A stretch of DNA of 63,522 nt, counting the filler, from Octopus bimaculoides (Eukaryota): the NCBI RefSeq assembly GCF_001194135.2. It is 5 parts of 5 records of this genome, joined end to end, with 100 filler letters (N's around TTAATTAATTAA, not from the genome) between each part and the next. Parts side by side here need not be neighbours in the genome. Positions count along the whole stretch, not along the records: positions 12,482 to 25,730 come from NC_068988.1; positions 25,831 to 48,234 come from NC_069003.1; 3 more parts are not named here. The stretch is one strand, 5' to 3'. How positions within the stretch are numbered: position 1 is the first letter of the stretch; every line of letters begins with the position of its first letter. This document shows positions 25,516 through 37,726 of the stretch, piece after piece. A program made the position numbers and the translations under genes. Below the pieces are notes generated by a model. It did not search any database and was not told the DNA's origin. It worked only from the letters and a program-made list of their open reading frames with translations.

Positions 25516-25730
25516 CCCCGTGACCAGTGCTGGTTTGTTTACATCCCCGATAAACCGGACTTCAAAAATATATGCGCTGGAGTCTGGTTTTTTTGTGCTT
25601 GTTCCCCGTCACCAATGCTGGTTTATTTACATCCCCGATAAACCGGACTTCAAAAATATATGCGCTGGAGTCTGGTTTTTTTGTGCTTGTTCCCCGTCAC
25701 CAATGCTGGTTTATTTACATCCCCGATAAA
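25516..25730. repeat. 88-bp tandem repeat, ~2.4 units, ending at a scaffold join
   Basis: Units start at 25516, 25604 and 25692. The unit contains gctggtttgtttacatcccc, similar to the SINE B internal sequence. Confidence 0.9.
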
Positions 25731-25830
25731 NNNNNNNNNNNNNNNNNNNNNNNNNNNNNNNNNNNNNNNNNNNNTTAATTAATTAANNNNNNNNNNNNNN
25801 NNNNNNNNNNNNNNNNNNNNNNNNNNNNNN
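25731..25830. other. Artificial scaffold-join spacer N44-TTAATTAATTAA-N44
   Basis: 12-mer at 25775-25786 with 44 N on each side. Confidence 0.9.
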
Positions 25831-25999
25831 ATATATATATATATATATATAAAATTAATCAAGGGACAAACTAAGTATGTCTACCTGCTGGAAATAACAG
25901 TCAAATCTCTTGTTTAGATGGTCTGGCGATTGATAAGATCAACGAGACCTCATTTCAGGTACACATGGAGAACATTTAACTTCCACCGTCTAGATTAAT

Positions 26000-26410
26000 G
26001 TTTTCAACTGTGGTCACCCCAGAGTGTCAAATTAATAGAAGGACTTAAGGCAGTTCAGCCGTGCTACACTAGGGAGATTGAATCAACGGTACAGCTGAGC
26101 TACTAGGACAGACTGAAAGAGGTACGACTCTACTCCCTGGAGCACAGACGGGAGAGGTATGCAGTGATATATGTATGGAAGATCCTGGAGGGATTGACAG
26201 CAAACCTTTGGCATCAAGAGCCATATGTGCTGCCGAAACATCGGATTCAAGGGCCCACAATGATTTAATGCCTTGCGAAAATATCTGAGGGATCATTATG
26301 CAGGAGGAATAGATGTTTTCAAAAAGTCTCCTGCTCTCCAAGGCCACAGATGAATCTATATCGCGTCAGGAAACTTAAAATAGGGCAGTATTATCGAACT
26401 CCATCCTTCG
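26000..26410 (+). mobile_element. CR1-type LINE 3' fragment
   Basis: WSPQSVKLIEGLKAVQ...RLKEVRLYSLEHRRERYAVIYVWKILEG, with an internal deletion. Same family as 47357-48000. Confidence 0.75.
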
Positions 26411-26886
26411 GTAAAAGCTAATCGCTTAAGAATGGTCACTGAAAAGGTGATTACACTGGCGATGCTCCAGCATGGCCACAGCCTTTGGGCTGAAACATAT
26501 GAAAGAAATAAAAGAAACATATTTACATATATAGACACACACACAGTATGAGAGAAATATAAATATACGTGTCCGTATGTGACTATAACATTTATGCTTT
26601 TATTTGTTGCACCCATCGATGGCAGCCATAAGTCATGATAAGTCATGATAAGTCGAATGAACTGAGCTCAGTATTTATTTTAATGTCTGGTATTTATTAA
26701 ATTGGACTGTTTTTGCTGAACTGCTGGGTTACATCCATGTAAACAAACCAACGCCGGATGTCAAGCGCTCTTGAAAACAGACGCAAAGATACACGTACAT
26801 ACACGCACAAACACGCATATAACATGTATGTGTTTATAGACGAACTTCTTAACCACACACCCAAGCCAATACATATGCTTGCATGC

Positions 26887-26932
<46 letters not shown>

Positions 26933-27789
26933 TTGCGTGTGTGTGTGTAAATGTATGTATGTATCTGAAAATGGCGAACTAACGAGCAAGCATATCGTAG
27001 GATGTGTTCGTCTGGTTGAAAATAGCAACTAAATCTCCTTCATATAGTACGCCGCAACCGTTCAAATAAAGTACTATATTAGAATGGATTGCTATTAAGC
27101 TAAGCAGTAATGAGATAGTTAAAAGTAAGATGGTGTACGACTAAGCTATATATGTGATCTGAAGTCTGTTTTATCAAGTCTAACGCCAGGCTAAACAACT
27201 ACTTCAATGATAACACCCACAACAACAACATTGGATATAGGATATGATAATATCTTATATTTCCCTAAAAGATTGTATGGATTATTATCAGTGTTTAATT
27301 TAGTCCATTTACGTGACAAATTAAAATATATAAAAGACGGTTTCTCCCATGTCCATTTTCGATTCATCACTTCAGAGGCGTTGGAATTGGTAACAATGAA
27401 TTTAATGAAGAATATATTCCTACCGAATACATTTCTGTACTTGTGTCAATATTGCATAGCAATGTATTAGCCATCAGCAAAAATGATGGTTGACTGGGTG
27501 ACATCCATATTATCGGCTATTTGTCACATCATCGGAAAACAGTGAAGAGGGTCACTTCTGTTCTTTAAACGTTAGCTAAAATAAGTATCACACAACTCTG
27601 TCTGTCTGTCGATTAATTGGTTATGTACTCTCTCCTATACAATTAATAGTTGTGGTGCCAATGTCTATAAATGATACCACCATTATATGCCAAGATAAAT
27701 ATCAGTCCTGTTCTGGGGTCGATTAAACAGACTTCACTCTTGCCAAGAATCGTAGCCATGTGTATAGGCATCAAAATTCTACACCAGAA

Positions 27790-27962
27790 AAGGCGGTAAG
27801 CTGTCAGAATCACAAGCGCGCCTTCTGAGTTCAAATCTCGTCCAGGTGGACTTTACCTGTCATTCTTTCGGGTTCGATAAAATAAGTATCAGTCAAGAAC
27901 TGGGATCGATACCATAGAGTATCCCCCACCCCAAAATTTCAGGCCTTTCAGTAGAGAAGCAT
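27790..27962 (+). mobile_element. SINE family A with a 14-bp target-site duplication
   Basis: attctacaccagaa at 27776-27789 and 27963-27976. Confidence 0.85.
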
Positions 27963-27976
27963 ATTCTACACCAGAA

Positions 27977-28410
27977 GGTCAGCGAGCTGCCAAAATCGTT
28001 AGCACGCCGAACAAAATGCTTAACGGGATTTCCTCCATACCTTTGCTTTCTGAGTTCAAATTCCTCCGAGGGACACCTTGCCTTTCAATATTTCGGGGTC
28101 GATGAAATAAGTACTAATCAAGTACCGGGGCGATGTTTATAGACTAGCCCCCTCCCCTAAAATTTCGTATCTTATGTCTATATTAAAAGTATTAAGGTTA
28201 TTAAGGCAGCGAGCTGGCAGATTTGTTAGTATGTTGGGCAAAATGCATAGTATAATCTCGTCCGTCTCTGAGTTCAAATTCTGCCAAAGTCGACTTTACC
28301 TTTCATCTTTTTGAGGTTGATAAAATAAGTACCAGTCATACACTGAAGTCGATGTACTGGGCTAGCCTCCTCTTCGAAAATTTCAGGTCTTTTGCCAATT
28401 GCAGAAAGGA
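27977..28410 (+). mobile_element. Two further head-to-tail SINE family A copies (~27977-28190, ~28203-28410)
   Basis: Each has a gcgagctg head, a ctgagttcaaatt B-box and the tcgat(a/g)aaataagta core. Confidence 0.85.
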
Positions 28411-28424
28411 CTATTGTTATTATT

Positions 28425-28985
28425 ATTTACTTTTAATCTGCATGTTTGTTACAATCACTTGCCGAAACACATTCAGCATCCTAGGGCGAATGAAGGATAA
28501 GAAATGTTACAATATGATTGAAAGCTTGGGGAAGGAAAGTGGTAGGGGCAGTAGCGAAATATCTTCATGTAATACAACACATACATTTAAATTGGTAGGT
28601 TTTTTTCTAAGGATGTGGATAGTACTTGTCGGCACAATCTTTTGGATTTCTCTGAGACATGGTTCTCCTGGTATATTATCTAGATGTTTGTGACATCCTC
28701 TCTTATCATACTTAGAGCACCCAGAAGAACAGGAACAGTTCTCGCTTTAAGATGCCACATCTTTCGTATTTCAATTTTCAGGTCCTTATATTTACTTAAT
28801 TTGTCAAATCCCTTTACAGATATATTTTTTATATATTAGTCTTCAGATATATTTTTATCTATTAGTCTCTTCTCTGTCTTTAATAACTATATCTGGTCGA
28901 TGAGCCTGGATCGTTCTGTCGGTGTTGATTGGAAAAGCCCAGAGGATAGTGACATTTTTACCTTAAAAGACTGGCCCAGGATAAT
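28425..28985 (-). mobile_element. R4/Dong LINE 3' end (RLE domain + 3' UTR)
   Basis: GKNVTILWAFPINTDRTIQAHRPDIVIKDREE ... DKLSKYKDLKIEIRKMWHLKARTVPVLLGALSMIR ... EIQKIV...HILRK, then a UTR and (TAA)-like tail. Confidence 0.85.
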
Positions 28986-29026
28986 GCTCATAGCAATAAG
29001 CAGGAGTGCTGATTTTGTAGTGTTTC

Positions 29027-29137
29027 GGCGAGCTAGCAGAAACGTTAGCGCCCGGGCGAAATGGCTACCGGTATTTCGTCTGCCGTTACGTTCTGAGTTC
29101 AAATTCCACCGAGGTTGACTTTGCATTTCATCATTTC
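29027..29137 (+). mobile_element. SINE family A, 3'-truncated, abutting the Dong copy
   Basis: ggcgagctagcagaaacgttagcgcccgggcgaaatg...gagttcaaattccaccgaggttgactttgc. Confidence 0.8.
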
Positions 29138-30540
29138 AATTCGGAGTACTTGGTAACTTTTTGAACCTCTTTACTCACAGCATTCAAGTCATTTGGTATG
29201 GCTACATGAATGATCTGACAGTATATGCCTCTCTTATTCAGTATGACAATATTTGGCCGATGGTGTTCGACTACACGATCCGCTTGAAAATTATAGTCCC
29301 AGAGTATCCTTACTTTTCCATCTTCCAGCATAACTTTACTTGGTACATGCTCTCTGATACTTCATATTAGCATTTACGGCATAAGAGCCAATGAAGATAC
29401 ACACATACTTTATCGCGGCGGCGCTTGTATTCATTTGTGCAAGGATCTCACATCCACTTACCAAGTGCGTCACATTTTCCACACTCTTTCCACAGAGTCT
29501 GCCTTTCTAGGTGTCAGAAGTTTTATAGATGTTATACTTCACTGAATTGGTAGCGAGAGCCTAGTGCAGCAATGATCCGGCTTTCGGTGGCACGCTTCAA
29601 GTCACCTCGCTCAAGCCATGCCCGCAATGCAGTATTATCCTTAGCGTCTTCCGTATTCCTTTCAAACTGTCCATGCATTCTCATTTCAAGAAGGTCTTCT
29701 TTTGTCTTCTTCTCAGCTCTTTGGTTAAACTCTGCCTTGCCCATCATTTCATCTGCATTTACACCCATATCTTTTGCGGCATATTGCAGCTGATCTTCAT
29801 CACTATTTATCAAATACTCGGCAATCGTTCTCCTTTCACTCCGTATACAATGGTCTATAATATTCGTTCTTGTCATATACAGTCTGTTTACCTTTGATTT
29901 AGGTTGTAGCACCTCATGCAGCGTCATCAACTTTATCGTCATTCTATCTAGCGTTGATAGTGCTGACCTTCTTAGTCCATTTGAGGATGGACGCACTATA
30001 TCTGACATCCGCAACTGCCCAGATATTCAATGCGGCAATCAAATTTTTGGCATTCAGGTTGGATTTCAACATTATCTTCACCCTTTTGTGATACGCCTCG
30101 CTGACCTTGACTATCCTTTCTCTGTGTAGAATGTTATCCAGCTCCAAAATCTCAAAATATCGATACCCACTACCGTCGGGTTCACCCATGGTCTTTCCTG
30201 ATGTTAACCGCAGTCCTCTGCAGGCTACTTTCTTCCCTATTTTCGTATTTAGTACTGAACATTTGGTAATCCCAAATTCCATTCCGATGTCCCTACCACA
30301 CTTCTGGACTGTTCTGGTTAAGGTATCTATCTGTTTTTCAGATCTCCCAAACAATTTCAGGTCATCCATTAACAGAAGATGGTTCAATGATGGGCCTTTC
30401 TTCCCACTGTTCCTAAGTGTAATTGTCATGGGTATTAGTGCAATTACAAAAACGAATCACCTTGGAAGATTCCTGTTTTAATATTAACTTCTTCAAAGAG
30501 TACATTACTTGAGTACTATTTGGTTTTCCACACTTTCATG
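29134..30540 (-). mobile_element. R4/Dong LINE, 5'-truncated pseudogene (RT C-half, CCHC knuckle, RLE)
   Basis: GIFQGDS, NHLLLMDDLKLFG, YRYFEILE, RLCGKSVENVTHLVSGCEILAQ, KVRILWDYNFQADRVVEHHRPNI..HVAIPND..KEVQKVTKYSEL. The 5' end abuts (TAA)n at 30541. Multiple stops and frameshifts. Confidence 0.92.
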
Positions 30541-30541
30541 C

Positions 30542-30581
<40 letters not shown>

Positions 30582-30617
30582 GTTATTATCATCATCATCA
30601 TTATTATTACTATTATT

Positions 30618-30980
30618 GAGTAGTGAGACAGCAGTGCATGTTATCTAAGTGACATTGAGTCAAAATATACAAAGTTCAATATGCCTATCATGAATACCCG
30701 TCTTATAAGGGTACACCAAGCACATGCATCACAACCGTATGTGTACAACATGGTGATTTCATATCAAAATAAACAGCGCATGAACTTGCAGGTGGGGGCC
30801 CTGTTAGAATTTTCTTCCGCCCAAATGTACATGAATAAAGGTTGTTTAAGGTTGTTGAATGAAACACCCATGTTTCCAGAGGTGAATTATTCAAATCCCA
30901 AAGAATTCCTCTCAACACATCTATAAGGCTCCCCCACTACTTCTGCTCATCAGAGCCAATGCCTGGTATTGCATTACTGC
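30618..30980 (-). mobile_element. Non-coding (TAA)n-tailed element, internally deleted
   Basis: Homologous to 32088-32643. It jumps from ...ctcatcagag to ccaatgcctggtattgc. Confidence 0.8.
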
Positions 30981-31009
30981 ATGTATTATCATTATCATAT
31001 AACTGTTCA

Positions 31010-31506
31010 ATATTTGGCAAATTGAGGCAAATTTCTTATGCATCACCTACTACACCTCCGTGTTGCTGGGGTATGTACAGCATTGTGTGTTACTTCCTTT
31101 AGTTGGGAGTGTGCGAACTCTTCCTGGTACTGTATCGTGTTAACTTTTTCTCCTTGAGGTGTGGTGCTGTCTTTTGTTGTGTTACTGCATGTATTGTGCG
31201 TTCAGTGTGTAATGGTCTGGTCTTCTGGCTTGCTGCTGGGAGTTTATTTCACTGGGTAAATACTGTGTATAGAGTGTGCCTTGTATTTGTGGGTTGTTTT
31301 GTTTAGGTTGTATTATTAGAATGATAGTGTCTTGCGTAAGATGTGGCTGTTCCTAGTAGGGCTATTTTTTGGACTGTCTATAGTGTTAAGAATCCAGAAG
31401 GTATAGCTTCTACATTATTGTTCATATGATTTTTATCATACCCATTGTTCCAATTATCATTGGTATTGTTGTTACCTTCATGCCCCACATTTTGAATACT
31501 TCAACC
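31010..31506 (-). mobile_element. R4/Dong LINE 3' end (third subfamily)
   Basis: VFKMWGMKVTTIPMIIGTMGMIK ... VQKIALLGT(A)HILRKTLS (frameshifted). Starts after an (ATG/TAA)n tract. The 3' boundary is approximate. Confidence 0.7.
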
Positions 31507-31536
31507 ATTATTATTATCATTATAATAATTATTATT

Positions 31537-31568
<32 letters not shown>

Positions 31569-31608
31569 TATTATTATTATTATTACTACTATTATTATTA
31601 CTATTATT

Positions 31609-32025
<417 letters not shown>

Positions 32026-32087
32026 TTATTAGTAGTAGTAGTAGTAGTATTATTATTATTATTATCATTGTTATTATTATCATTATT

Positions 32088-32643
32088 GAGTGAGAGAGCA
32101 GTGCATGCCATCAAAGTGACACTGGGGTAAAATATACGAAACCCAGTATACCCATCATGACTACCCATCTGATAAGGGTACACCAGGCACATGCGTCACA
32201 ACCATATGTGCATGACATAGTGATCTCATATCAAGATAATCAGCGCATGACCTTGCAGGTGGGGCCCAGTTAGAATTTTCCTCAGGTCGAGTATCCCATC
32301 CCGCTCAAAATGTCCCTGAATAAGGTTTGTTTAAGGATGTTGAGCAAAACACCCATGTTTCCAAAGGTGAATTATTCAAACCCCAAAGAATTCCTCTCAA
32401 CACATGGCTATGATGCTCCCCCACTACTTCTGCTCGTAATCAGAGATGCACATGTCGTCAACCACCAAGGGACATGCTCAACTGGTTAAGGTCAAACAAC
32501 TGACAAGTAAATCTGTGGTATTAAGCAGAATATTTGCTGTAGCCCATCTTTTTATATCAAGACAAAACAATGTACATAATAACACTTCCAATCGATTAAG
32601 ATCAGAAGCCATGAGTGCCACAGCCTAGTACTGCATCTGGGCA
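32088..32643 (-). mobile_element. Non-coding (TAA)n-tailed element, longest copy (~556 bp)
   Basis: Bounded on both sides by long (TAA)n tracts. No tRNA A/B boxes and no credible ORF. Confidence 0.85.
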
Positions 32644-32675
32644 AATTATCATTACTATTATTATTATTATAATTA

Positions 32676-32760
<85 letters not shown>

Positions 32761-32761
<1 letters not shown>

Positions 32762-33114
32762 TTATGTTTGACTTTTGCTTTGCATTTGTATAAGTTGGAT
32801 GCAAGTCTCACCCAGAGACCTCAAGAGAAACAAGTTAGAAGTTTATGTAGGTGTTATGCCTAGGGTACCATATATTTCGATTTGTACATAGTGTTGTTCT
32901 AGAGAATGTTTAAGAAACCATAAGAAAATTATGTGTTTGTTTTAAAATTTGAGATCACATAGACAGTATTTTACGTAGGATATGGGCAGTTCCCATGAGC
33001 ACTATCTTTTTAACTTCAGCCATTTTTGGGTTTCCTTGTATCTGAGCTAGGTAGTAATCAGCCCGTTTCGCTGTCATTCCCAGGGCACCTATGACAATAG
33101 GTATTGTTTTAGTC
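32761..33114 (-). mobile_element. R4/Dong LINE 3' end
   Basis: KTIPIVIGALGMTAKRADYYLAQIQGNPKMAEVKKIVLMGTAHILRKILSM* plus UTR, flanked by (TAA)n on both sides. Confidence 0.85.
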
Positions 33115-33126
33115 TTATTATTATTA

Positions 33127-33199
<73 letters not shown>

Positions 33200-34214
33200 T
33201 ATTATTAATGTGGAGGAGATAAAATCGCTAACTACCAGACTCTGGTATTTAACCAAGCTCGACTCATCATTTCTTCCCTTACAGAAGCCAATAACAAAAC
33301 TGTGTCAACCATGTAATGATATTGATCTTTCTTGATTGCCATTGTTATTGGGGATCAATATGACAGGAATATTAAAGTACTTGACACGTCTCTTTACATA
33401 AAATTCTTCTGCCAATGTCGACTTTACCTTTTGATTCTTGCAACAACAATAAAATACAGTACCAGTTATATAGTTGGGTCTATACACCCTACTATAGTTC
33501 TCTCTTAAAATTCACTCTATAATTCTTCATCGATCTTTTTTTTTTTTTTTTTTTTTTTTTTCATATTGGATCGATTATATCCAAAAATATTTCTCTGAAT
33601 ATGTGTTCTCCAATACGATTTGATCAAGCTCAAAGATAATCATTATGCTATATATTGGCAGCATGTATTTATGAATTGAAAAATATCCAATACTTTTGTT
33701 TGTATCGATGTTTCGATGTTTCGATTACGCATTACATTGGAGAATATGATGCCATTAATTTATTTTTAATTGCAGCAAGTAGTTTCTGTCAGTGTCATGA
33801 CTGACCTAGATTATCACTTCTGTGGGAGAATTATTATCAACTAATGGTATCGAGGCTCATGTTGTTCTTGGTGAGGTTTTTTTTTTGTTTGTTTTCGTTC
33901 ATTTTATCATCTCATGTTTACATTCAGCTAAATTTGGTTTTACAAAGGTTGGACACATTTATCTGTCTCTTTGTTGCACATTGCAATATCAACAAACGTA
34001 AATGCATGGTGCTTGCATTAAATGGCACATAATGGCACATAATCAATAAGCACAGGCAAGACTGGATGATTAAGAAGATGGTTTCCTAACCATGGAGTCT
34101 TCGGTTCAGTCCCACTGCGCGGCACCTTGGGCAAGTATTTTCTACACCGCTCGTGCACACTTCACTGTGATCAAGCACCGCTTTCTAGATCAACTTTTAC
34201 TAGATTCCTCTCAA

Positions 34215-34518
34215 AATTTTTCTAGCCATTTCTCATTGTCTCTTTTAAAAGGAAATCTGGTTGCCTGTCTTCTTCACTGCAGCTTGTATATCGCTCATGA
34301 TGCTATTGGTTTTACGTTGAGTTAGGCCTGGCCTAGCGACAATAACCATTGCCTCATACTGCTTCCAAGGAATCATGTACATCCAACTTCGACTGAATAA
34401 TGTTCTGGTTTCCAGCCTGCGTTTTCACATTCTTCGATGAGACGTTCATACCTTGCGCCCGAGCGGCGTCCATGTTATTTTCATGGGGAACCGTCAGCGC
34501 AACCAGGTTGTTGTTGCT
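34215..34518 (-). mobile_element. HERO/NeSL-like RLE retrotransposon 3' end
   Basis: LVALTVPHENNMDAARA(RK)YERLIEECENAGWKPEHYSVEVGCT*FLGSS resembles ELTVPWE..A.ERK..KY..L...C...GW...VEVG.RGF. It starts directly after the (GAA)n tract. Confidence 0.7.
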
Positions 34519-34770
34519 CTTCTTCTTCTTCTTCTTCTTCTTCTTCTTCTTCTTCTTCTTCTTCTTCTTCTTCTTCTTCTTCTTCTTCTTCTTCTTCTTC
34601 TTCTTTATTATTATTATTATTATTATTATTNNNNNNNNNNNNNNNNNNNNNNNNNNNNNNNNNNNNNNNNNNNNNNNNNNNNNNNNNNNNNNNNNNNNNN
34701 NNNNNNNNNNNNNNNNNNNNNNNNNNNNNNNNNNNNNNNNNNNNNNNNNNNNNNNNNNNNNNNNNNNNNN

Positions 34771-34931
34771 TTTTTATTATACCTAAGGCACCTACTATGA
34801 TAGGAATTGTTTCTGTTTTTAGATTCCACATTCGAGTTATCTCTATTTCCAGGTTTTTGTATTTTGAAAGTTTTTCTATTTCTTTTAGAGAAACGTTGTC
34901 ATCTGCTGGTATTGATACATCAATTAGAAAA

Positions 34932-34932
<1 letters not shown>
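34771..34932 (-). mobile_element. R4/Dong LINE RLE fragment (3' end in the gap)
   Basis: FLIDVSIPADDNVSLKEIEKLSKYKNLEIEITRMWNLKTETIPIIVGALGIIK, starting directly after (TAA)n. Confidence 0.88.
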
Positions 34933-34968
<36 letters not shown>

Positions 34969-34971
<3 letters not shown>

Positions 34972-35146
34972 GCTGCGAACCGGCAGCATCATTCGCACGC
35001 CGGGCAAAATGCTTAGCTGCATTTCGACCGTCTTTACGTTCAGAGTTGAAATTCCGCCGAGGTCGACTTTGCCTTTCATCCTTTCGGTGTCGATAAATAA
35101 AGGTACCAATGGAGTATTAGCATTGATGTAATTGACTAGTCCCCTC
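34969..35146 (+). mobile_element. SINE family A, 3'-truncated
   Basis: Head follows (TTA)n. Core gaggtcgactttgcctttcatcctttcggtgtcgataaataaaggtacc. Joined to the Dong RT via tcccctc. Confidence 0.85.
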
Positions 35147-37726
35147 AAATACTCCTCGGTATTTGTAGCTCCCCGCTGGATCTAACTCCTTTATGAAAAG
35201 TCCTCTAGCTGTTGGTCCTTTTTTGCAAAGAGTTTTAAATCATCCATGTAAAAGAGATGATTTCTACTTTTATCAAACATTTTATAACCATATTGTACAT
35301 CATCGAGCAATTTCGACAGAGATATTAAGGCTAGACAAACAATGAGTGATGATAGGGAGTCACCCTGGAAAATGCCACATGAAATTCTTACATCTCCAGT
35401 ATTGAGTGATTCATTGTCACTGTTCAAAGTCAGTGTGGTTCTCCATGATCTCATACTTACAAACAAGAAGTTTCGCAGAGTAGGTGCTATTTCATACATT
35501 TCCAGATATTTCTTAATCCAGCTATATGGTAGACAATCAAAAGCTTTTTATAGTCACTCCAGGCTATTGACCAGTTTTGTATTGTTTGTGACAATCTTCC
35601 AAGATCATCTTATTGATGAGTAGCTGATCTTTACAACCATAGGACCCACGTTTACATCCTTTTTGCTCCTTAGGAAATATGCCACTTTCTATTAAAAACT
35701 ATAGGTATATTCAGTCAAGACAGATGTTAGTATTTTATACATTGTTGTTAAGCAGGTTATGGGTTTATAATTTTTAGGTTCATTTGTTTCTTCCCTTTTT
35801 GGAAGTAGGAATGTCACACCATTAACTAACCAAAAGGGAATCATACTAGGTCATTGCAAAACATTGTTGTAAAGTTTTGTTAGCAGTTCATGGCTATCTG
35901 AGAAAGCATTCGATCAGCAGTTAGGAATGTTATCATTTCCTGAAATCTTCCATTTGCTTGACTTCTCAAGAGCAGATCTTACATCCTCTACCTTTATACC
36001 CTCCCACTTTTGCTCTTCTAAGGAGTGTAAGTCAGTAGATATGCTATCAATCCAAGGGGCCTTTTTATAGTGTGCTTTTTCTTCTGCCCAAATTTTATCC
36101 CAAAATTCCTGCACTTCTTTTGATGGGACAGACTTTACTGTAACTGGTATTTTCCCTATCTTCCTGTAAAAATTTGGGGGGTTATTTTCGAAAATGTTGT
36201 CCTTGGAGAANNNNNNNNNNCTTCCTGTAAAAATTTGGGGGGTTATTTTCGAAAATGTTGTCCTTGGAGAATCTAACGCGGTTTTTATACCATGCTATGC
36301 GGGCAGCTTTAGCACACACCTTTTGCTTGATAGTTTTTATGATGGTATCGATGTCAATTATGGTTTTATTATAATACTTCTTTAATTTTCGGTCTTTTGT
36401 TGGTTTGATAGTCTTGTCAAACTTAAGGTCTTTTAAACATTCTATGTCAGACCTAAGTAGCTGAATTTGGTGTTGAATACGCTCTGGCCAAGAAGGCTTT
36501 TTGTGGGAATGTTGTCGTTTTCTAACCTTTGCACCACATAGAATTGTTGAGATTTTTGCGGATGCATAGTACAGGTGGTGGAGAACTGTAATATCAACGT
36601 CATTAGTTGAACTTATATCCTTAACTGCAAGGCGGATTTTACCAATTACTTTCAGGTTTTCGTTAGAGTTGCAAATTTTTGGAGAGCGTCACGTCCATTC
36701 ATGCTGGTTTCTTTAATTTTCAGCAATTCAATCATGATTTGATTTTTTAGATCATGTAGTTGTGTTGGGTCAATTCCTGTAAGACTTTCTTCATCTATTT
36801 GATTTTCATCTGCCTTAGTGTCTATGCTTGTTTCAGAAATTGTTTCAGTTTGATTATCAGTTACATTAACTCTTTCAATCATTAATGTATTTTCATCAGC
36901 CCTGGGCTGGTCTATAATTATTTCCTTAGTAGTAACTTCTTTAGCTGCAACCTCGTTCCTTTTATCCCTTATTGATTGTTTAATTGGGTCAATCTCAAAT
37001 TGAAATAGTAATGTCTTTTTCATAATGTTTCTTCTGACGTTCGAAAGTTTGTTACTGTCTATGTACGATCTTACTTCAAGGTGCTTCTGTCTCTATTTTA
37101 GGTAGGTTTGTACAGTATTAGGTTTATTTATGGGGAAATACAGGGCATGATAGAAGGCCTTAAGAACTTCTTTATCATCTCCTCTAGACCATTTTTCATT
37201 CCTTTTCTCTTGGTTATTTGATGACGAGCGGGGATGGCATCTGTTGGAATATTCCAATTGTGGGGTACTTCCAGCTCCTGTGTTTCGGGAATATTTGAAT
37301 TAGTAACTGATTTTTCGTACCTAGTCTGGTTCATCACTGGGGTGCGTGGCCCTTGTTCACCGAATGATGGCGGATTCGGTGTTTATTTTGCTTTGTTATC
37401 ATTGAGGCATGACGAGCTTGGACGTTGACATTAGGGGACGAATCTGGCTGTTTAGGGTTCACTTTTTGAGACAACACCGCCTCCGAGTTTTCTGAATGAA
37501 AACATTGCTCGTAACGTAGCTTCTTAAGGTTAACAGGTTCGCCTGTATTTTTTGTTGACGATTTATCTCCGGACATAGTTTTTTTTTTTCCTTTTTGTGG
37601 TGTTTTAAACTTATGAATTTTTCACTTTGTGTTAGTTCGAAGAATTAAAAAAAAATTGTTTTATTTTTTTGCTTCATTTGTGACACGTACTTTTATATGC
37701 GTGGATGTGTGTTCTGCAAATTTCAC
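35141..37726 (-). mobile_element. R4/Dong LINE, 5' UTR through RT, 3'-truncated pseudogene
   Basis: ATG at 37576. KKPSWPERIQHQIQLLRSD...IKQKVCAKAARI, FWDKIWAEEKAHYKKAPWI...KWKISGNDNIPN, GIFQGDSLSS, NHLFYMDDLKLFAK, IKELDPAGSYKYRG. Many stops and frameshifts, and an internal deletion. Confidence 0.92.

Noticed and set aside
25516-25730. CRISPR-like array
   Set aside because: The units are wholly repeated with no unique spacers, in a eukaryotic context with no cas genes.
27207-27470. Overlapping open frames on both strands
   Set aside because: AT-rich, no motif, weak splice sites; the + strand exon option would create TGA if joined to the 25255 exon.
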